From contig JAFGUD010000402.1 of NCBI GenBank assembly GCA_016938685.1, positions 1-22,640 of the forward strand: a stretch of 22,640 nucleotides of DNA. The letters run 5' to 3'. Below the pieces are notes generated by a model. That model saw only the letters and a list, made by a program, of their open reading frames with translations. It was not told the origin of the DNA and made no database searches. A program made the position numbers and the translations under genes. The stretch's first letter is position 1. Each line of letters starts with the position of its first letter. Origin of the DNA: Bacteroidales bacterium (GTDB lineage Bacteria > Bacteroidota > Bacteroidia > Bacteroidales > JAFGUD01). Below are positions 18,301 through 22,640 of the stretch, in pieces.

Positions 18301-19832
18301 ACGGCACAATTAAAATTCATAACAAAATTTGGATCATCAATACTCAAAAAAGCAACAATAGAATCATAGTTAAAATCCAATTCGGAAACCAAATTTATGT
18401 AATTGTAATCATTTAGTTCTGCTTGCGAAATTTTAGTATTATTAAAACCTAAAAATGTGTTACTATCAATCATTGTCAGATTAATTGAATCTACAAGGCT
18501 AACATTCCCAACCATTTCATTTTTAAGAATATAACCAACATCTAGACCTATAAGTTCAAAGCCACCAATAACAGTTGTTTCCAAGCTATCTAATATCACC
18601 TCTAAATTAGCATTAAAATTACCCACTGATGTTTCAGCATCTCCTAAAAAAACAAAGTCATCAATTTTACCTGTTATTCCGCCCGTAAAATAAATATCTC
18701 TTGGCACATTATAGTCTTGTGGCAATTCAAAAAAGGGTTTATTGTTATCCAATGGATTTTTTAATGCTAAAAGTTCTCTTAAATCTGTTCTGAAATCCTG
18801 AAACTGAAAATCAAAAAATAAATTATCTACATTAGGTAATCCAAACAATTCAAAATTAGACAAGAAATAAGTAGCTGATTTATATTTTATTGTAAAACGT
18901 TCTGATACTAAATGACCAATATTTCCTGAAGCTATTAAGCCAAATTTTATTTTTTCTTGATAATTTTCAAATAAAGGCGAAAAATAACCTAAATCTAAAA
19001 AATTAAACTCAGATTGTTCTCTTATAAAAACTTCAAAAAATAAATTATCCTGATTATTTGCTAAATCATCTAACGACACATAATTAAAAGTTGCCTGGTC
19101 AATAATAAATCTAGATTTATTCAATCGTAATCTAAAATCATTTATGGCTATTTGATTATCAGTCATTAAAAAATTAGTAGAAAAACTCCGAACCTTAAAA
19201 CCTGAGCTTTCTTGAAAACTAAATTTATCTAGAAAAAAATGAATTGAATCACCTACCATCGAAAACTTTTTAATCTTCAAATTCAAATTTTGAATATCAA
19301 AGGTATCCAAATCAAATTCGTACGGAATTGTATCTAATTCTTGTGTTGTATAAAATATTGATGACTTATCAACTGATATTTTATTGATAAAAACACTGTA
19401 TGAAGATTGAGAAGTATCCGAACCACTATCGGGTAAATTATCAAGAAAAAAATCATAATTCGAATATCCGGTAGAATCAATTCGATATTCTGTTCTAAAT
19501 CCTTTTACTTTGACTTTATCAATTGTAATACTATTTTTTTTATAGCTATAATGTATAGGTCTAAATTTCAAATAATTTACATAAAATAAAGTATCTTTTT
19601 CATAGTCTTCTACCAACAAATCAATCAATACAATGTCAAATGGAGCTTGGTATGAAACATGTTCAATACTAACTTCAGTATTTAATTGCTCTGAAATAAT
19701 TTTCGTAGCTTTCTCTGTTATAAAGTTTTGCACTGGTGTTATTTGAAAAGCAAAAAACAATAAAACCGGCAAAATCATTATAAAAACGAGTAAATACAAA
19801 AAGAATCTAATGTAGAATTTTCCTTTAAACAT
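15315..19832 (-). CDS. tamB: Translocation and assembly module subunit TamB (AsmA-like family, C-terminal DUF490-type domain)
   Basis: About 1505 aa. Has an N-terminal signal-anchor TM helix (FFLYLLVFIMILPVLLFFAF), a very long beta-rich body and a conserved C-terminal region, the architecture of Bacteroidota TamB homologs. The ORF track starts at a TTG (19844); the ATG four codons downstream (19832) is preferred. No tamA (Omp85) gene is adjacent. Confidence 0.78.
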   Translation of the reverse strand: MFKGKFYIRFFLYLLVFIMILPVLLFFAFQITPVQNFITEKATKIISEQLNTEVSIEHVSYQAPFDIVLIDLLVEDYEKDTLFYVNYLKFRPIHYSYKKNSITIDKVKVKGFRTEYRIDSTGYSNYDFFLDNLPDSGSDTSQSSYSVFINKISVDKSSIFYTTQELDTIPYEFDLDTFDIQNLNLKIKKFSMVGDSIHFFLDKFSFQESSGFKVRSFSTNFLMTDNQIAINDFRLRLNKSRFIIDQATFNYVSLDDLANNQDNLFFEVFIREQSEFNFLDLGYFSPLFENYQEKIKFGLIASGNIGHLVSERFTIKYKSATYFLSNFELFGLPNVDNLFFDFQFQDFRTDLRELLALKNPLDNNKPFFELPQDYNVPRDIYFTGGITGKIDDFVFLGDAETSVGNFNANLEVILDSLETTVIGGFELIGLDVGYILKNEMVGNVSLVDSINLTMIDSNTFLGFNNTKISQAELNDYNYINLVSELDFNYDSIVAFLSIDDPNFVMNFNCAVKLAGIDTKTKFALNVDTVRLFPLHFIEDDELAALSVAFEGEFTGNNIDDLEGDFYLTQPLLMIKNLQKLELNVFTLKASNKKKVGDNTLRKIEINSELLSGYIEGTFDFEDLGIFAENVDSYYFPALGNDSIIDIFKSEKSVGNNLQFNLTLKNIEPITSIFAPDVYIARNSNIVGYLHSFEEEFNISFVSDSVVLSGNKLKQIEINVDGNQKEIVADFSCDSIGLSGFKFEKFNVELTGLNDSAGLKVSWKNKSDKKNEGVIRTNLFMSKDNSEGLIMKFIVPQDTFYVNNKQWTVYSDSIFVDSTGIQINGLTASSFLKEGSSIKQYIGIMGKASDKDDDTLVISLQKFDLSQLNPILKDVKVEGYMKSDFAATSLLDTPKIVLTNHIDRFAINDVALGEVEQTVKWVDKDKLLHNELSVQKVDSKLENRNGKDTLIVSIYRSLYIVGDYYLETESFDFELTIDNLKFKPFAPYLDDYIRFSRNSNLNGKLRIKGDKLFYNVGGEINVYGAFMLPATGVNYTINGGLTVRLLKDKIVIDSTVIAGPSLVGDALLYGNVKHKDFHDPYVQLFFRADTIAFVDLPRTNKSEYYGKIIASGNIDISGYPEDLSVKADIITEKNTDFTLLLDRPGEISNKTSIVTFVTPQDTVFTEEVKEDNTSNIDIDLNLTLNPEAKFKIVFNELTDEALEIQGEGNVKIKKTALGELVVFGKISITKGVYNFVLENIKKWKFDIVKGSSIVFNGDPMDGILDISTVNSIKNVSLYNLMMSQEYENQKTQADCYINLKGPILNPSIRFSVKLPKADQRIAAQVDNLDDANMNKQFLSLLIFGRFQPLPGLTFNPDANIAAGAFNAGDLISNQLNSLLSNINTDVDLDVNYVTGNQQTTDQFDVAMSIPLLNERVSIVSDVGVGGNTAGGTQNNFIGDFEVDVKLNKKGNVIFKAFNKTNRNEFYDKGPYTQGLGILYKTDFDNIFKKDTSKNVISDTLKRERKN

Positions 19833-19918
19833 AATAAAAATCAATCTTGCAAAAATATAAAAAACAATTTGCTAACAAGCAATTTATTTTGGAATAATTA
19901 AGTCCTGTTTGCATAAAA

Positions 19919-19949
19919 TTTCTAAATTTAAAATTAGTTTATATTTTTG
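19919..19949 (+). promoter_or_regulatory. Possible promoter for the acyl-CoA dehydrogenase gene (TTTC at 19919-19922, 19-nt spacer, TATTTTTG at 19942-19949)
   Basis: The -7 element matches TAnnTTTG. The -33 element has one mismatch to TTTG. It ends 24 nt before the ATG at 19974. Confidence 0.25.
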
Positions 19950-19973
19950 TCGCAAAATCCTAAAAAAAATTAA

Positions 19974-21767
19974 ATGAAAGCAAAAGCATTACAAGGAGGC
20001 GAATTTTTGATTCGCGAAACAAACGCAAATGATATTTTCATTCCAGAAGAGTTTGATGAAGAACAACTTATGATTGCTCAAACATGTAACGATTTTTTAA
20101 GTGCAGAGATATATCATCTTACCGAAAAAATAGACTCTCACGAAGACTTATCTCTTATGCCGGGAGTAATGAAAAAAGCTGGTGAATTAGGAATTTTAGG
20201 AGTTTCTATTCCCGAAGAATATGGAGGATTTGGTCAAAATTTTGTAACCTCAATGTTAGCAAGTGATATTATGGGTGGCGGAAATTCATTCTCAGTTGCA
20301 TTTTCAGCTCACACAGGTATAGGTTCGTTACCAATTCTATATTATGGTACAGAAGAGCAAAAACAAAAATATCTTCCTTTCCTAGCCACAGGCGAAAAAC
20401 TTGGTGCTTATTGCCTAACTGAGCCGGGAGCAGGTTCTGACGCTAACTCCGGTACAACTAAAGCTGTTTTATCTGAAGATGGAAAACATTGGATTTTAAA
20501 TGGTCAAAAAATGTGGATTACAAACGGTGGATTTGCTGATGTTTACACAGTTTTTGCTAAAATTGACAATGACAGGGTTCTTAGTGCTTTTATTGTAGAA
20601 AGAGGTTACGAAGGCTTAAGTTTAGGTGCAGAAGAACACAAAATGGGTATCAAAGGTTCTTCTACTGTTCAGGTATTCTTTAACGATTGCAAAGTTCCAG
20701 TTGAAAATCTTTTAGGTAAACGTGGCGAAGGTTTTAGAATTGCCCTTAACATTCTTAACCTTGGTAGAATTAAACTGGGAGCGAACGTTATTGGTGCTTC
20801 TAAAAGAGTTATTACTACTTCTGTAAATTATGCCAACGAAAGAAAACAATTCCGTGCTTTACTTTCTACTTTTCCTGCAATAAAATTCAAATTAGCAGAA
20901 CAAGTTATTCGTGCTTTTGCAAACGAATCTACTGTATACAGAATCAGTAAAAACATCGAAGATTCTGTTGAAATGTACATTAACGAAGGATTAGATAAAG
21001 GGACAGCTAGTGTAGATGCTCAAAGAGATTTTGCAATCGAAGCTGCTTTAATAAAAGTTTATGGCTCTGAAATGCTTGATTATGTTGTTGATGAAGGTGT
21101 TCAAATTCACGGCGGAATGGGTTATTCTGCTGAAACTGACATTGAAACAATGTATCGTGATTCTCGTATTAACAGAATTTTTGAGGGAACAAATGAAATC
21201 AATCGTATGGTTGTTTCTGATACAATGATAAAAAAAGGTATGAAAAAAGCTATAGCATTACTTCCTGCTGCTGAAGAAGTTTGGAAAGAAATGGCAAATT
21301 TACCTTCAAAACCGGCTTTCAGCAGTGATTATCATGAAAGAAACCAACAATATATTAAAAATTTCAAGAAAGCTACGTTAATGGTAACCAAACTTGCAAT
21401 TGATAAATTAGGCCAAAAAATTGCAGGTGAACAAGAAATTCTTTTCAACCTTGCTGATATGATGATGCAACTTTATGTAGCTGAATCTGCTGCTCTTAGA
21501 GTTGAAAAAATGGACAAAAACTTTAACAAACATAACATTAGCGTATACAAAGATATTTTAGATGCTTTGCAGTACGAATCAGGTCAAATTATTTACAAAG
21601 CTGGTTTAGATGCTATTACTTATCTTGAACCGGAAGAAACTCAATCTGAATTTATTAACGCACTTCTTCATTTCACAAGTGTAAAACCTGTAAATTTAGT
21701 TCAAGCTAGAAGAAATATTGCAGATAAACTAATTGACGATAATAAATATAATTTCAGTACTTATTAG
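19974..21767 (+). CDS. Acyl-CoA dehydrogenase family protein (long form with extra C-terminal domain)
   Basis: 597 aa. Has the ACAD N-terminal, middle beta-barrel and C-terminal helical domains (YCLTEPGAGSDA, QKMWITNGGFADVYTVFAK, IHGGMGYS...YRDSRINRIFEGTNEI), plus an additional ~180-aa C-terminal domain as in FadE-like long ACADs. Confidence 0.88.
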   Translation: MKAKALQGGEFLIRETNANDIFIPEEFDEEQLMIAQTCNDFLSAEIYHLTEKIDSHEDLSLMPGVMKKAGELGILGVSIPEEYGGFGQNFVTSMLASDIMGGGNSFSVAFSAHTGIGSLPILYYGTEEQKQKYLPFLATGEKLGAYCLTEPGAGSDANSGTTKAVLSEDGKHWILNGQKMWITNGGFADVYTVFAKIDNDRVLSAFIVERGYEGLSLGAEEHKMGIKGSSTVQVFFNDCKVPVENLLGKRGEGFRIALNILNLGRIKLGANVIGASKRVITTSVNYANERKQFRALLSTFPAIKFKLAEQVIRAFANESTVYRISKNIEDSVEMYINEGLDKGTASVDAQRDFAIEAALIKVYGSEMLDYVVDEGVQIHGGMGYSAETDIETMYRDSRINRIFEGTNEINRMVVSDTMIKKGMKKAIALLPAAEEVWKEMANLPSKPAFSSDYHERNQQYIKNFKKATLMVTKLAIDKLGQKIAGEQEILFNLADMMMQLYVAESAALRVEKMDKNFNKHNISVYKDILDALQYESGQIIYKAGLDAITYLEPEETQSEFINALLHFTSVKPVNLVQARRNIADKLIDDNKYNFSTY

Positions 21768-21768
21768 A

Positions 21769-21836
21769 CAGTTGCCAGTTGCCAGTTGCCAGTTGCCAGT
21801 TATCGAGTTAACCAGTTAAACAGTTATTTAGTTAAC
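21769..21836. repeat. Heptanucleotide tandem repeat: (CAGTTGC)x4 perfect, followed by degenerate CAGTT-containing units
   Basis: Read directly from the sequence. CAGTTGC is perfect at 21769-21796. It is followed by CAGTTAT, CGAGTTAAC, CAGTTAAA, CAGTTATTT and AGTTAAC. The array begins 1 nt after the ACAD stop codon and ends 64 nt before the lipoprotein ATG. Confidence 0.85.
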
Positions 21837-21899
21837 AAGAAAAACTGATGACTGAAGACCTGGACTGATATAGACTAAAAATCTAAAAATTAACAAATC

Positions 21900-22478
21900 A
21901 TGAAACGAACAATTAATTTATTATTAAGTATATTTATTATTCTTTCTATTTCGGCATGTAAGGATAAAACCGAAAAAAATGAGAATTCAAAAGATAAAAA
22001 CAAAACAGAAAACGTAGATAAAGGTGACAAATTTTATTCTGAAAATTACAAATTTAAAGTAAAATTCCCTAAAAGTCCGGAAGTTGAAAAAGAAGAAGAA
22101 GCGATGGAAGGTTTTTTTGTTCAAACTTTTATGTACGACGGAGGAGACAATGGAAATATGGTTGTTGCAGGAAGAATGAATGACATGTACGCTGAGCTTT
22201 TTAAAGGAAGCGAAGAAGAACTTTCGGTAAGTGTTAGAGATGCTACAATTCAAAATCTTAATGCAACTCTTACAAAAGACGAAAGTGTAGATTTCAAAGG
22301 AATACCATCTAACTATTACGAAGCAAACGGAACTTTGGACGGAGAAGAATTCTACTTGAAAGGAATAAACATTGTAAAAGATGAATTCATTTACGTTTTA
22401 GTTGTATTTCAAAAAGATAAGGATGTGTCTGACAAAGAATACAATGATTTTGTAAATAGTTTTGAATTTGCTGATTAA
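21900..22478 (+). CDS. Hypothetical lipoprotein (signal peptide plus lipobox Cys)
   Basis: 192 aa with ATG start. The N-terminus MKRTINLLLSIFIILSISAC has a lipobox-like LSISA-C, followed by a Lys/Asp/Glu-rich linker. No recognisable family. Confidence 0.7.
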   Translation: MKRTINLLLSIFIILSISACKDKTEKNENSKDKNKTENVDKGDKFYSENYKFKVKFPKSPEVEKEEEAMEGFFVQTFMYDGGDNGNMVVAGRMNDMYAELFKGSEEELSVSVRDATIQNLNATLTKDESVDFKGIPSNYYEANGTLDGEEFYLKGINIVKDEFIYVLVVFQKDKDVSDKEYNDFVNSFEFAD

Positions 22479-22497
22479 AAAAAATACAAACCGCACG

Positions 22498-22527
22498 AAA
22501 ACCGTCAATATTATTGGCGGTTTTTTT
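22498..22527 (+). terminator. Rho-independent terminator after the lipoprotein gene
   Basis: Stem AAAACCGTCAAT (22498-22509) pairs with ATTGGCGGTTTT (22513-22524), including one G-U wobble, around a 3-nt loop. It is followed by additional T residues. Confidence 0.6.
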
Positions 22528-22566
22528 AATGAAAAACTCAAAAATTATGTAAATATACCAAATGTT

Positions 22567-22597
22567 TTTATAAAATAGTCCAAAACTATTTTATAAA
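22567..22597. repeat. Perfect 13-bp inverted repeat TTTATAAAATAGT-N5-ACTATTTTATAAA
   Basis: Read directly from the sequence. No downstream T-run, so more likely a dimeric regulator operator for a gene beyond the window than a terminator. Confidence 0.5.
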
Positions 22598-22640
22598 TTA
22601 CATTGGTAAATGCCGATGCTACATTGATTTAGTTCAAACG

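Noticed and set aside
19869-19882. TTGCT-AACA-AGCAA inverted repeat in the tamB/ACAD divergent region, sharing the TTGCTAA half-site with the 524-542 palindrome
   Set aside because: Its 5-bp arms are too short and the shared heptamer is too AT-rich to claim a common regulator. Such matches are expected by chance in this composition.
14503-22253. Short ORFs 14503-14730 (minus, in cysQ), 16288-16524 and 18160-18369 (plus, inside tamB), and 21987-22253 (minus, in the lipoprotein gene)
   Set aside because: They are embedded in larger genes on the opposite strand, with low-complexity products and no start-context support.
1-22640. Searched by eye for CRISPR repeats, tRNA (GTTCGAATC-like T-arms), rRNA, IS inverted repeats or transposase, integrase, and toxin-antitoxin pairs
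   Set aside because: None found. The only tandem or direct-repeat structures are the heptamer array at 21769-21836 and repeats internal to coiled-coil coding regions.

Overview
This 22.6-kb window looks like ordinary chromosome from a low-GC Bacteroidota genome; the class guess is Flavobacteriia. The basis is the very AT-rich sequence, the absence of Shine-Dalgarno sequences, several promoters fitting the Bacteroidetes TTTG-N19-TAnnTTTG pattern, and frequent TTG/GTG starts. I support 14 protein-coding genes, mostly housekeeping, and found no rRNA, tRNA, CRISPR array, transposase or integrase. In order they are: an XRE-type HTH regulator; PyrD (class-2 dihydroorotate dehydrogenase); an NfeD-like protein plus a flotillin (SPFH) in one operon; a bifunctional RelA/SpoT; a small DUF697-like protein; TcdA (a ThiF-family E1-like tRNA t6A dehydratase) on the minus strand; two tandem paralogous membrane sensor phosphatases; CysQ; a 1.5-kaa TamB/AsmA-family protein on the minus strand; a long acyl-CoA dehydrogenase; and a lipoprotein. 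The most unusual content is the tandem pair at 9208-14319. Each paralog has a signal peptide, a periplasmic YfiR-like (DUF4154) domain, a roughly 150-residue predicted periplasmic coiled-coil stalk, one TM helix, cytoplasmic PAS domain(s) and a SpoIIE/PP2C serine phosphatase domain. No partner-switching target (STAS or anti-sigma protein) is present in the window. Other points worth a second look: a perfect (CAGTTGC)x4 heptanucleotide tandem repeat that decays into degenerate CAGTT units between the acyl-CoA dehydrogenase and the lipoprotein gene; a 1.1-kb stretch at the window start with no ORF of 60 aa or more on any strand; and a perfect 13-bp inverted repeat at the 3' edge. All domain calls rest on motif recognition by eye. 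HMM or BLAST confirmation is needed and is specified per item.
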